Notes: generated by a model not told the origin, from the letters alone. A stretch of 64,000 nt of DNA from Tubulanus polymorphus (GCF_964204645.1 NC_134030.1:21598210-21662209), one strand, 5' to 3'; positions 37,001 through 47,919 are shown, counted from the first letter of the stretch. Program-made: numbers and translations.

Positions 37001-40000
37001 TTAGTTTTTGAAAATGTCTCATAGAATTGAGTCTAAAAGTCACTACTCTCTTAGTTTTTGAAAATGTCTCATAGAATTGAGTCTAAACGTCACTACTCTC
37101 TTAGTTTTTGAAAATGTCTCATATAATTGATTCTAAACGTCACTAATCTCTTAGTTTTCAAAATGTCTCATATAATTGAGTCTAAACGTCACTAATCTCT
37201 TAGTTTTCAAAATGTCTCTTTGAATTGAGAAAAGAATCAAAACTAAAGGCTACTGCTCCAAACCTGTTGCTCATATCACATGATTTTTTAGTCTCACAAC
37301 ACAGGTGCCCACCCTTCCAAATTTGGCTCCATTCCACAGGTCGCCAATCTGTGGCCATAAAAAAGAGTCATGAAATAAACTACAGAATAATGTTTTATCA
37401 TTCAATGAATTTTGTTTATTAATTCACACAAATTACACGATGTGGAATCAGTTTATCCGCTATGGAATCAATAATTTAACCACAGTGGAATCAGATATTC
37501 CCGGCCTGTTCATTGGCTTTACGCCACCATTCGTCGTAAGCCGTCTTCTTTCGACGGCTAAGAGCGAGTTCTTCAGCTGAATCATCAGCTGCAGCAGCAG
37601 TTTCAGCGTTCACCATCGACCACAAACTGATCACTAACAACATGATCGGAAGTAAACTTCTCAACATTTTCATCAGCATTGACGCTACAAATTAATACAA
37701 TCTGTTTTATTATTGTTTAACCTTCGTGAAAGAAAGATCTTCATTCTATTTGTTGAATTAGTTTTTACAAGTTTACAGTGAAATTAGAATTATAACTTAC
37801 CGATCATTTTAACAGTTGTTTCGGCGACAAATCACAGATTTATACGAGCAATTTACGAAGCTGAAATAGGAACGAATACATCGGTGATATTTGAACTGAA
37901 TTTCAGCAGTCATAAAAATATTTAATTCATCTATAATTAATCATAGAACCTACATCTGATGCTAGTTAAACTTAACAGAATTGAATACAGAAAATATCTA
38001 AAAATTTTTGACAATTTGAAAATGTTAGAATTATTTCTTGTAAATTTCATTAAACCAACATCTGTTTCAGATAAAGTTAACAAATTCAAAATAACATCAA
38101 ATTTCTAAAATTAGAATCAAGTTTTAACAATTTCAAAATGTTGAAATTAGTTCTTGTACAATTCGTCCGTAGCAATAACTACACAATATGAGATCAATGT
38201 TGATGACTCTACGATTGATGAACTTACCTTCGAATACAAACGATTCCAAGTTGATGAAATGTTGATGAAACTGATTGGTTTATATTGACTATGTCCGCAC
38301 CACCTGCCTCTCATCTCACACTGGGTGAAATTATCAAAGCAGAAATTTACAATCGATCCTTTTTTTGTCGAATCAGGAATTGAAAAAAATCCACGCGGGA
38401 AACGGAGAATGCGTGCAAAAAATCAACCGAACCATGAATTCAATAATAGATACATCCAAACTGTTACCGGAGCAGTTTTACTGAGTCCTGTTGTGATAGA
38501 ACAAAAGAGATGCGTGCAAAAAACTAAACCAACCGTACATCAAAAACATATGCCACGATTGTTCACTATTTTCATGGGCTTTGATTTGATTAATACATGT
38601 AATTGATGAATTGATCAGGACTTTTAAAATTTTCGAAAATGTAATGTCGCAGTGAAAAAATACCATCAGCAAACCTAGAATTTCCTACCAAATCATACGA
38701 CAATTTTCACCATTTTCATTCTGGATATAAACAAACTATCGGTTATAACGTATTTCCATCTGACCCCTGGAGCCGCAGTTGTATCAGGGAGGAGGAGGGG
38801 GGGGGGGGGGTTAACTAAAATGAAAAACGAATTAACCCCGGGTTAAAGTTAATACCAAAAAATCTCAAGTTTTATAGACTGGTATTAACTCAAACACGCG
38901 GGTTAACTCAATTGAAAAAGAATTAGGTTAACCCCCGAATAAAACTTAATACCTGTCTATAATGCCAAGCGCTCTCAAGTTTTATAGACTGGTATTAACT
39001 TAAACACGCGGGTTAACTCAATTGAAAAAGAATTAGGTTAACCCCCGAATTAAACTTAATAACTGTCTATAATGCCGAGCACTGAAGTTAACTATAAGTT
39101 CCGCTATAAGAACAAGGCGAATCCAAAGCGGTGCGTATCCCCCCTAAAAATGTCGAGTCGCCCTGAAACTAGGGGAAAATGAAAAGTATTAAACTGACAC
39201 CTGAAAAAATTTGAATTCATTCCCGCTTATTTCCCACAATAATTTAGTGTTTTCCGATGAGATTTTTCTTTTGGGGATGACCTTACAGATACCCCCTATT
39301 TGGGGGAGGGGTTGCACCCGGCCTCCTTGTATCAGAGCTTAGGTCCGCCCGTTTGTTATAATGTATAATACTGTGCATCGTATAATCGAAGAAATTGACG
39401 ACAAAATGAGATATGCTAACTGTACTGCAGCGGTTTGTTGTACGGGACCGTAAACCACGTCTGGTAATCGATCAGACTAAAACCCTTTAGAAAATAAAGT
39501 TCACTATATTTTCGTCTAGCTCCACGGTATGATAACGCATAGAAAGGAGTCTAATGTTTTGGGCGGACATAATTCTTGAATTTTCCCATTTCTCATCGAC
39601 ATCACAATTGTTAACAATGTCTAACATCAATTTAACACAACCCGGGGCCGAAGTTGCTCAAAAGTTGGTTAAAGATAACCGGCGGATAAATACCATAGTA
39701 ACAATGAACTTTAAATCGTCACACTATCAACTATCCACTATTTAACTCAAAAGCCCAACGCAGACGGCACCGAAAAAAACATTTTTCCTCGTGCAAAAAC
39801 GTTTTCGATGTTTTTTGTCATGCCGTGTGCGGGGGAGGCAAAACACAAAACGCCGAACTGAAAAACGTTTTTCACGAGCAAAAAACGTTTTCTGAAAAAC
39901 GTGTTTTCTGTTTCGGCGAAACAAAGGTTTTGCCGTCTGCGTTGGGCTTAACCAATTCGAGCATCAAATATTCTAATATTTCTGTCGGTATGTTTCAGGG

Positions 40001-40193
40001 TTTTAAATACCACGTGATCAGTACGTCCAGTGAGTGGGTGATGTCTATCGGAATGATGGCTTATTTTCTGACGTTCATCCGCGAATTCCATCGAACGAAC
40101 ATCACTCCGATACAACTGTCGATCTACGTGCCCCGCGGGCCGATACGCGACTCACGCGCCAGTGCCGACACCTACGTCGCTAATGTCATGTGA
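13052..40193 (+). CDS. DRAM: DRAM (DNA damage-regulated autophagy modulator)/TMEM150-family membrane protein; coding exons 13052-13134, 13698-13751, 13855-13922, 14455-14606, 14717-14894, 15351-15424, 39999-40193
   Basis: Spliced translation gives the family motifs [54 protein letters not shown] and WYPKDG|[22 protein letters not shown]; all intron phases are compatible; probable 5' UTR exon ends at 12388 (GTAAGT). Confidence 0.93.
13269..13655. mobile_element. piggyBac-like MITE relative with internal 45-bp tandem repeat
   Basis: TTAG|CCCTTTCATTGC...GATGAAAGGA|TTAG; ends resemble the 16284-16570 element; 45-bp repeats at 13331-13480. Confidence 0.65.
13970..14405. repeat. ~109-bp tandem repeat
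   Basis: aaaactgatcgtccacacttcacatgtgttcagtgc unit about four times; second array at 50395-50865. Confidence 0.92.
14955..15278. mobile_element. Penelope-like retroelement remnant with ~105-bp inverted arms
   Basis: Near-perfect inverted arms at about 14973-15078 and 15116-15221; flanking direct repeat TCCGTTAAA at 14946-14954 and 15279-15287; hammerhead motif in the arms. Confidence 0.7.
15037..15078 (-). ncRNA. Minimal type I hammerhead ribozyme motif
   Basis: Minus strand reads ACAC-CTGACGA-T-GATCTC-tagggt-GAGATC-GAAAC-GTC-GTGT: stem I, CUGANGA core, stem II, GAAA, GUC cleavage triplet. Confidence 0.7.
16198..16227. repeat. 30-bp perfect palindrome, present in every array unit
   Basis: CGAGCAATCATCTCA|TGAGATGATTGCTCG. 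Confidence 0.95.
16284..16570. mobile_element. piggyBac-like non-autonomous element, 287 bp; array copies at 20096-20382, 25022-25308, 29839-30125, 34636-34922
   Basis: TTAA|CCCTTTCAGTGCG...CGCACTGAAAGGG|TTAA; 13-bp TIRs and TTAA target duplication. Confidence 0.88.
17033..17330. repeat. 50-bp minisatellite, unit 1 (~6 copies)
   Basis: gagtctaaacgtcactactctcttagtttttgaaaatgtctcaWWKaatt. Confidence 0.95.
17595..17783 (-). CDS. Secreted prepropeptide, 62 aa, copy 1
   Basis: Hydrophobic signal peptide ending VNA, acidic spacer, RRKK, 17-aa C-terminal peptide; acceptor TTGTAG 5 nt before the ATG; AATAAA at 17519-17524 (minus). Confidence 0.82.
   Translation of the reverse strand: MLMKMLRSLLPIMLLVISLWSMVNAETAAAADDSAEELALSRRKKTAYDEWWRKANEQAGNI
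17905..18390 (-). promoter_or_regulatory. 5' UTR exons (17905-17964 and ~18333-18360) and TATA box of the peptide gene, repeated in each unit
   Basis: Minus-strand donors GTAAGT at 17899-17904 and 18327-18332; acceptor TTTCAG at 17965-17970; TATAAA at 18384-18389. Confidence 0.68.
18958..19175. repeat. 110-bp tandem repeat (2 copies; 3 copies in unit 2 at 23774-24100)
   Basis: ctcaagttttatagactg...cgggttaactcaattgaaaaagaattaggttaaccccc unit. Confidence 0.9.
20845..22140. repeat. 50-bp minisatellite, unit 2 (~26 copies)
   Basis: Same monomer as 17033-17330. Confidence 0.96.
22405..22593 (-). CDS. Secreted prepropeptide, copy 2
   Basis: Protein identical to copy 1; same splice and poly(A) signals. 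Confidence 0.82.
   Translation of the reverse strand: MLMKMLRSLLPIMLLVISLWSMVNAETAAAADDSAEELALSRRKKTAYDEWWRKANEQAGNI
25771..27066. repeat. 50-bp minisatellite, unit 3 (~26 copies)
   Basis: Same monomer and variant order as unit 2. Confidence 0.96.
27331..27519 (-). CDS. Secreted prepropeptide, copy 3
   Basis: Protein identical to copy 1. Confidence 0.82.
   Translation of the reverse strand: MLMKMLRSLLPIMLLVISLWSMVNAETAAAADDSAEELALSRRKKTAYDEWWRKANEQAGNI
30588..31883. repeat. 50-bp minisatellite, unit 4 (~26 copies)
   Basis: Same monomer; variant order almost the same as units 2 and 3. Confidence 0.96.
32148..32336 (-). CDS. Secreted prepropeptide, copy 4 (A>V in spacer)
   Basis: [10 protein letters not shown] versus [10 protein letters not shown]; G>A at 32221. 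Confidence 0.82.
   Translation of the reverse strand: MLMKMLRSLLPIMLLVISLWSMVNAETAAAADDSAEELVLSRRKKTAYDEWWRKANEQAGNI
35385..37226. repeat. 50-bp minisatellite, unit 5 (~37 copies)
   Basis: Same monomer, longer array, different variant order. Confidence 0.96.
37491..37679 (-). CDS. Secreted prepropeptide, copy 5
   Basis: Protein identical to copy 1. Confidence 0.82.
   Translation of the reverse strand: MLMKMLRSLLPIMLLVISLWSMVNAETAAAADDSAEELALSRRKKTAYDEWWRKANEQAGNI
39751..39949. mobile_element. MITE with 19-bp perfect terminal inverted repeats
   Basis: AAGCCCAACGCAGACGGCA...TGCCGTCTGCGTTGGGCTT, with internal AAAACGTTTT palindromes. Confidence 0.8.
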
Positions 40194-40280
40194 CCGGTCC
40201 CTAACGTCACGTGACCAGTTAAACATCAGCAGACGCGAACTCAACTAGAACGCGAATGAATGAAACTCATTACGTCAGAT

Positions 40281-41137
40281 CTGTATCTAGTTCCACAATT
40301 CTGAAATCAGTTCCACAGTTCTGTATCTAGTTCCACAATTCTGAAATCAGTTCCACAGTTCTGTATCTAGTTCCACAATTCTGAAATCAGTTCCACAGTT
40401 CTGTATCTAGTTCCACAATTCTGAAATCAGTTCCACGGTTCTGTATCTAGTTCCACAATTCTGAAATCAGTTCCACGGTTCTGTATCTAGTTCCACAATT
40501 CTGAAATCAGTTCCACAGTTCTGTATCTAGTTCCACAATTCTGAAATCAGTTCCACAGTTCTGTATCTAGTTCCACAATTCTGAAATCAGTTCCACAGTT
40601 CTGTATCTAGTTCCACAATTCTGAAATCAGTTCTACGGTTCTGTATCTAGTTCCACAATTCTGAAATCAGTTCCACGGTTCTGTATCTAGTTCCACAATT
40701 CTGAAATCAGTTCCACAGTTCTGTATCTAGTTCCACAATTCTGAAATCAGTTCCACAGTTCTGTATCTAGTTCCACAATTCTGAAATCAGTTCCACAGTT
40801 CTGTATCTAGTTCCACAATTCTGAAATCAGTTCCACAGTTCTGTATCTAGTTCCACAATTCTGAAATCAGTTCCACAGTTCTGGACTCAATTGTACAGTT
40901 CAGGGCTCCAGTTCCTCACATCCGAAACCAGTTCCACAGTTCAGAATTTAGTTCCACGGTTCTGGGCCCAGTTTCACTCTGGACCTAGATTCAGTTCCAC
41001 AGTTCTTAAACCAGTTCCACAGCTCTGGACTCGATTGTGCACTGGTCCCAGTTTCACAGTTCTGGGTCCAGTTCCACAGTTCTGGGTCCAGTTCCACGGT
41101 TCTGGGTCCAGTTCCACGGTATCCAGTTCCACAGCTC
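40281..41137. repeat. 40-bp minisatellite (~15 clean copies to 40880, then degenerate 20-mers)
   Basis: ctgtatctagttccacaattctgaaatcagttccacagtt. Confidence 0.96.
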
Positions 41138-41435
41138 TGGGGCCGGTTGCCCCAAACGTAAACGTACTGAGACATGCTGGAAATCATCGTAATAATCACC
41201 GGTTACAGTTCGACGTTTAGTGTTACTGTTATTGTATTTAAAAAAGAACTTTGATGAAATCTTGAATAAAAACGAGCTCAACAACAACTGTTGAACTGGA
41301 TTCAGATCAGTGGTTTTTGCGAAGATTAGTGGCTATGTGCACATATAAGGTTGTCATTCACTTGGTTGATTTTGTCGAGCACTGTTTTGATATTGTGTGT
41401 TGAAAATTGGCGCCATTTTGGTAACTGCTTTATTA

Positions 41436-41655
41436 GGCTAAACAAAAATGATACCTTGTTTCTCCGCAGCGGCCGGGTCATTTTTGTAAAATTTGATAAA
41501 ATTTGTAAACAGTTCATTTCTATACCGGCCGGGTCTGTCATGGTAAAATTGATCACGATTTTAAAAAAAGTAATGTATAGGGTAGATAGGCGGCCGGCCG
41601 GGTCAACATTTAAGCTCAGCAGAGCGGAGAAACAAGATATCAATTTTTTTTAGCC
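41436..41655. mobile_element. PIF/Harbinger (Tourist-like) MITE
   Basis: TTA|GGCTAAA...CTTGTTTCTCCGC mirrored by GCGGAGAAACAAG...TTTAGCC|TTA; 3-bp TTA target duplication. Confidence 0.8.
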
Positions 41656-43119
41656 TTATGTATACGACATATGAATTAGATTTCAATGAATTATTTTTCT
41701 TGAAACTATCAGTTCCATTAGCATAATCTAATAATTATCCTACAAATGTATAATTTGCATGTCGAGTCTATGTAATGTATCTGCTGGTGTACTTATATAT
41801 GGGTCAATTCATTCGCACCAATGAATTCATGTTTTTGTTAGAGAGCAGTGATATGTTTAAAATGTAAATTTGAATATGGCCAGTTGATTGTTTCTGTTTA
41901 AAATATAAAAAATATGGCCAGTCGTGAAAAGAGAGTCGGACACTAGGATTTGAACCCGATGACTTAGTGAGACTCTGTCACGTTCCTCCCTTCTGCAGGG
42001 ATTCGAACCTGATGACATCTTATGACTGTATCACATTCCTGGTTGGGGGGAGGGGAGTGGGGGACGGTCCACCTGATGCGCATATTGCGGGGTTGAGAAA
42101 AGGGGGTGTATGTACACTCGGTGCTTGTCTTTACGTAGCAAAAGACTTCTCTTTATGGAAGTCAAACACTAATACGGAACAAGTTTGAATTATTTTGTAA
42201 AACTTTATCATTACAATAAAAAGATGTTTGCACGCAAAAAAAAATTCTGACTACTCAAATTTTTATCGGTTTTTGTAGCAATGCCCCTTTCGATAGGAGC
42301 TTTGAGCGGGGTTTGAATCCATCCAAAAACGAAATGAAAAATAAGTCTACTTGTTAAGGTGTTAGCGGTTTATATTTCAACAAGATATTCCAGAAAAAAA
42401 AACAATGCGAAAAAAACCGTACAGCGAAAGAAAAAGTCTACATCAATGCGCAATTATAAGATTGACTCTTATGAAGTCAAAATTAAAGAGTCAAATGTTA
42501 CCCACACACATATTGTGAAACCAGCCTCTTGTCGTTTCTACAGAGTGGATTTAATCCTAGGCCTAACAAATAAGTGTACTTCAGCACCGCCAGGTGGCGT
42601 GACTAATAGCCATTCATACATTGTCGGATTTCATTTAAACTAATCAATCCGAGTCTCAGAAATGATTCACAATTTTCTGCTGTCAATGTTTGTTATAGTT
42701 TTCATTGATAATTGATTTACTCAAAAAGAAGAAAATTTGATTCAATTTTACTTGAAACCTAGAGAAAATTGTAACTACTAGCGACACCTGGTGGATCATC
42801 ACTTGCCACAAGTGGAATCCTCTATCGTGCAGTAGATGATGTCCTACTGCGCACTAGCGACGCCTAGTGGATCCTCACTTGCCACAAGTGGAATCCTATG
42901 TATCTACAGTCAGGCTAGAGTTCCCCATTGAAAAAGAGATAAATAAGTTAATCGAGTCAACTAATTAGCTAATTAACGCTATATTTAGAGCAAGGAATTA
43001 TTTTCATTTTGCTTCTCGCTGAAACCAAAAAATAGTCTGATAAATAAAGTTTAGATTTGAGAATAACGAGAAACCCGGTTCACTGAGACCGCTGATTCAG
43101 TCCGTCTGCTAAACCCGGT

Positions 43120-44037
43120 TCACTGAGTCCGCTGATTCAGTCCGTCTGCTGTGTGCGATGGAACAACTTCCGGTCGCCGTTGGTTACGAAACGTGATTAT
43201 TACCGCGAACATAAACAAAACTGTAACCCCTAGCAACGCGAGGGTCGACATCGCGTTGAAGAAAGTCCTGTATGTAATCCGACAATACCAGATTAGTCCG
43301 AGTATGAGTCCGAATAACGGGAACATCAAATTACTCATATCGACGTCGATGTGGTCCTGTTCGCGGTCCGCGCCGTTGTTGCCGTGTTGTTGTTGTTGGT
43401 GCGTCGCCGCGGATACGAGACAATGGATGACGCTGTTGTCGTCGACGTTGTACGACTGGAGGGTCTCGTTCTCCTGGCGCAGCTCCTGACCGTTGAATAT
43501 CAGCCGGATGTTGAAGTCGTCGGCGAGTTCCTCGAGAAAATGAGCGCTGAAAAAAGCAAATAACTTTATAATTTAATCCATGCACCTGGTGGATGGTCGC
43601 TTGCCGCAGTAAGATACGTACCGCTTGAATTGTCCGATTTGTTCGTTTGGTTTCGCTAGAACCACGCGCTCTCTGTCGTCCAAATATTTCAGTTTGATTC
43701 GAATCTGTTGCGAACTTCGTTGACGAAGTCCATCTTCTTGCGTCTGCTGAGAACTCGAGTCACCAGGGGGCGCCGGTTCCGCGTTTAAATTCGTAGTATT
43801 TTCTCCCTCGTCGGTGCGCGTAACGTCGTCTGCCGAAGTTTCGAACGCGTCCGGCGGTCCGTTGTCACGCGTAGTCGACGTAGAGGGCTCCGAGGTACGA
43901 GAACTAGTCGTAGCCTGGTCGCTGGTAGATGGCGCCGGTTGCAGCGATGATAACCATGCGATCAGTAACCCGAGTAAGATGAATAAAACAGTCGCGAAAA
44001 TAGTGACTTCATCACCGATACCTTCAATGACCGACAT
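43120..44037 (-). CDS. TMUB: Transmembrane and ubiquitin-like domain protein (TMUB1/2-like), exons 44037-43622 and 43546-43120, ~280 aa
   Basis: N-terminus MSVIEGIGDEVT..IAWLS; UBL IRIKLKYLDD..IGQFKR|AHF..IRLIFNGQELRQENETLQSYNV..SVIHCLVS; C-terminal LMFPLFGLILGLIWYCRITYRTFFN; phase-2 intron consistent; probable 5' UTR exon donor at 45241-45246. Confidence 0.92.
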
Positions 44038-44234
44038 CACGATATCTGCTGAAAAAATCAACAAATGTTTTCATATTATACATTTCATATTATACATTTT
44101 TTATATGTAATATAGTTCCAAAATATTGCGTCCAAAAAGGACAAAAATCAGTTAAAATCCCTTAGAATCAACTGATTGATTCATTTCTTCATCATCATTA
44201 GGAAACTTTTTAAGCCCATCATTAAACGCACTAT

Positions 44235-44980
44235 AACATCATGAGAGGAATTTATGAAGTACGTATGCTATGACATCATAGGAGGAATCTTAACGAGGAT
44301 GACATCACAAGCGGAATTTACAAAGTTAGTACTATATGACATCATGAGAGGAATCTATGAAATAAGTACGCTATGACATCATAGGAGGAACTCTTATTAA
44401 GCGGTGTGATATCATGAGAGAAATCTATAAAGTAAGTCTTCTATGACATCATAGGAGGAACTCTTTAAAGCGGTGTGACATCATCAGAGGAACCTATGAA
44501 GTAAGTATGCTATGACATCATAGGAGGAACTCTTTTAAGCGGTGTGACATCACAAGAGGAATCTTAAAAGTAAGTACACTATGACATCATAGGAGGAACT
44601 TTATTAAACAATGTGACATCATGAGAGGTACCTATGAAGTAAGTGTGCTGTGACATCATGAGAGGTACCTATGAAGTAAGTGTGCTATGACATCATAGGA
44701 GGAACTCTTTTAAGCGGTGTGACATTACAAGAGGAATCTATGAAGTAAGTACACTATGACATCATAGGAGGAACTTTATTAAACAGTGTGACATCATGAG
44801 AGGAACCTATGAAGTAAGTGTGCTATGACATCATAGGAGGAACTCTTTTAAGCGGTGGGACATCACAAGAGGAATCTATGAAGTAAGTATACTATGACAT
44901 CATAGGAGGAACTTTATTAAACAGTGTGACATCATGAGAGGAACCTATGAAGTAAGTATGCTATGACATCAGGAGGAATT
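44235..44980. repeat. Degenerate 'atgacatcataggaggaa' minisatellite
   Basis: About 20 copies of a ~30-33-bp motif in the TMUB 5' intron. Confidence 0.9.
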
Positions 44981-45821
44981 TAGGAGTAGAGTCAAGTCGG
45001 CCCACTGCCAACTGGAATCTATTACGCTACGACAAGATGAAGGCCATCAAACAGTGATGAAAAACATATGGATTCATTTCACGGTTTAACTTCCTGCGTT
45101 ACAGTGAATCGTATGGTGGTGGAAAAAGGAAGCATCGCCAATTTTCAATCGGAAAAACCTCAAACAACCGACCTCCTCTTCTAGCTGACCCCATCTTATT
45201 ATTTCTAATATTTTGAAAATTTAAATAAAAAAAACGTGAAACTCACTTTATTTCACCGATTCGATTGCGTGGCTGTGCGAATTACTGCCTTTTTAAAGAA
45301 GAAATCGATCAAAATTGGTGTCGAACTCAAATTTCCATGGGCGCGGCCATTTTGAAATTAATGCAGCCAAGGGTTCGAATCCTGAAAAATATACTCACAC
45401 CACAAAGGCGTAACAACGAGATCAAACGGAGCATAATCACGCAGAGAACAGAGAACAGTTCAATTTAGTGATGGAATATCCCATTTATTATTTCGTATAT
45501 TCAAGGGGCCTGAAAATTTGATAATGACTTGTTAGACTGGTTACCGGTCTCTATCTTCAATTATCTTCATATTGAATGGGACAGGCAACCAGTCTAATGA
45601 CTTGTGAAATTCTAGGAGCCAAATTCGGATAGGGCGGGTAGCGATGATGTGAGCCATGACATCTAAAGTGTCGCATTTCACATTATTATAATGCGGACGC
45701 GGACATGAAAACCGGACTAATGAAAAACCGGGCCATGATTCGGCCGGGGATACGTTATCCTCACTGCCTTTTGGCTTGCCGTTGGCTCTAGTCCAGCCGA
45801 GGCAAAAAACCCATTAAAACA

Positions 45822-45951
45822 AAAACAGCGCGAGATGACTTCAAAATAAAACAGCGCGAGATGACTTCAAAATAAAACAGCGCGAGATGACTTCAAAATA
45901 AAACAGCGCGAGATGACTTCAAAATAAAACAGCGCGAGATGACTTCAAAAT
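45822..45951. repeat. 26-bp tandem repeat x5
   Basis: aaaacagcgcgagatgacttcaaaat. Confidence 0.95.
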
Positions 45952-46390
45952 GTGGTGAAAGGCACCGCGTGATTTATCAATTCGATTTGAATTAACAATT
46001 AAACTAGAATTCATCATCAAAAAAACTGCATCTTCTAAAAATATACGCGAAAAAAACATTGACATCAAAACAAACAGCGCGCGACCAAAATCAGCAGAAA
46101 TATCAGGAAATAGATTCAACCAAATAAACCAGAAACCCAAGTACCACAGGAATAGGGCCCGACCGGGAGCGGTGGGGTGGGGTGGGTGCTGTCTGAACCT
46201 GAAACCAGTTGTAAGTAAATGTCATTTGTATTTTATAAGAAGTAGAGTTCAACAGTTCAACTCTTCATCTTACTCAAATCACACTTAACTCACGAACTGT
46301 CAAACATTTTCAATCCAGTTCAATTGTAAATAAATGCAACTTTTACTGTTAAAAAGTTCCACTTGAAATTACAATTGTATTTTATATTAA

Positions 46391-47093
46391 CAGCTGAAAT
46401 TATGTTCTAATTTATGGATTATCTAACTATTAACTAACTTTTCTAACTATTGAGGCAGGGTGAGGTTGATGTGAGGGGATACTGAAATAGAATATAAACG
46501 ATTAGACATATTATATACAGGTCGCACCTGAATTCTTCAGTCACTCTGTCATCATCATTCAACTTCAGGTTCAATCTTCTGTGACTAGGGGGTCTTGTTC
46601 TTCTCACTGAAATAGAACATACAGGCCGCACCTGAATCTGGCCACTCTGTTGTGTGCTGGGGGTGAAGACACGTACTCTGTGGCCTAGTCTTCTGGGGTC
46701 TTGTCTCAGCGATGACCCTGAAATTGTTCTGTTTATTTCAAGAAAAGTACATAATAGGCGTTGTTCTAGTAAAACAATGAATTTGAAGAAAAAAAAGGAA
46801 ATTCAGAAAAAAAGAAAAAAAAACACCTGCAAATATAGAAAGAAACCCTGGAAAAAAGAACCATGAAATACGGGATCCTGAAATAAAGATATTAGGCATC
46901 AAAGTAAAAAAATTGCTTCCTCCAACTGATGTCCACCTGAGATCTCCCAGGTCCCTCGCCGCGTATCGCACCCAAATTTATATTTACTTAAACTACCGCA
47001 TTTTATTTGATATTGTACTAATTTCTCTTACTTACTAACTCACCGAGTAAGTTCCTAATAAATAACTAAACCTATAAAACATAATTTCAGCTG
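46391..47093. mobile_element. Candidate TTAA-flanked non-autonomous DNA transposon, 703 bp
   Basis: TTAA|CAGCTGAAATTATGTT...AACATAATTTCAGCTG|TTAA. Confidence 0.65.
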
Positions 47094-47919
47094 TTAATGT
47101 TTTTCTAACTTACAGTTTATCCAATCCTGTGTGTGTAATGTATGAATCCAATGATAATCCTTGAGTCAATTTAGATACTTGTGTTTTTAACAACAGTTCA
47201 GCTTTTGAGAACAGTTTAAATTACATAATCCTGAACTAGTTTGAGCGAGATTCCATTCCAAATAAATCCTGAAAATGCAAGAAATTCCGAAAAAAATGTC
47301 GGCCAATAAAAATGCCATTTTTGAATTTACATGTATGTGAAATGAACCTACCGGGTTTGGATGGCGCTTAAAACCAAATACTGGAAAAGGATCCGAAATT
47401 GCGACCCACCGCGAAACCTACAAATAAAATCATACAATTTAGAAAAATAAATGAATTGATTTTTGACAGTTGTACAAAATACAGAGTTTTCACCGCTTTC
47501 AGAAAATATTTTGAAATCGTCAATAAAATTTTAACTAGAATTTTCATATTTGGGTCAGAAAATTGTTGAAGAAATCAACATAAAATTGATGGCGAATATT
47601 TCAATGTTTGACTTTATTAAAACTACAACAAACTCACCTTTACCAGTTACATCTTGAACTATTTAGAATATGTGTAACTCACAAGAGGTACATGTGATAT
47701 ATGTCTGATTTTACGGGAGACATGTGCGAGCACCTCTAGGTTTGAAGACATACCAGTTGTATAAGAGGTCTATCTATGGTACAACGCCACGTACGACAAG
47801 AATGGTCGAACAATGCGTTACATTTTACATTATCTAACTATTGGGGTCAGTAAACTTACACATGTCGAACTGTTATAATCCATCTTCGCTCTATAAACTG
47901 CGGAGCTTTACTAAAATCA

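Larger units (their letters stand above)
15932..39507. repeat. Five-copy tandem segmental array; units about 15932-19620, 19621-24546, 24547-29363, 29364-34160, 34161-39507
   Basis: Identical landmarks recur (e.g. the agttcactat|aagataagct junction); length differences are explained by 50-bp and 110-bp repeat copy number. Confidence 0.97.

Noticed and set aside
45765-45780. GCCTTTTGGCT as U2 snRNA
   Set aside because: Only an 11-nt match; flanks do not follow U2
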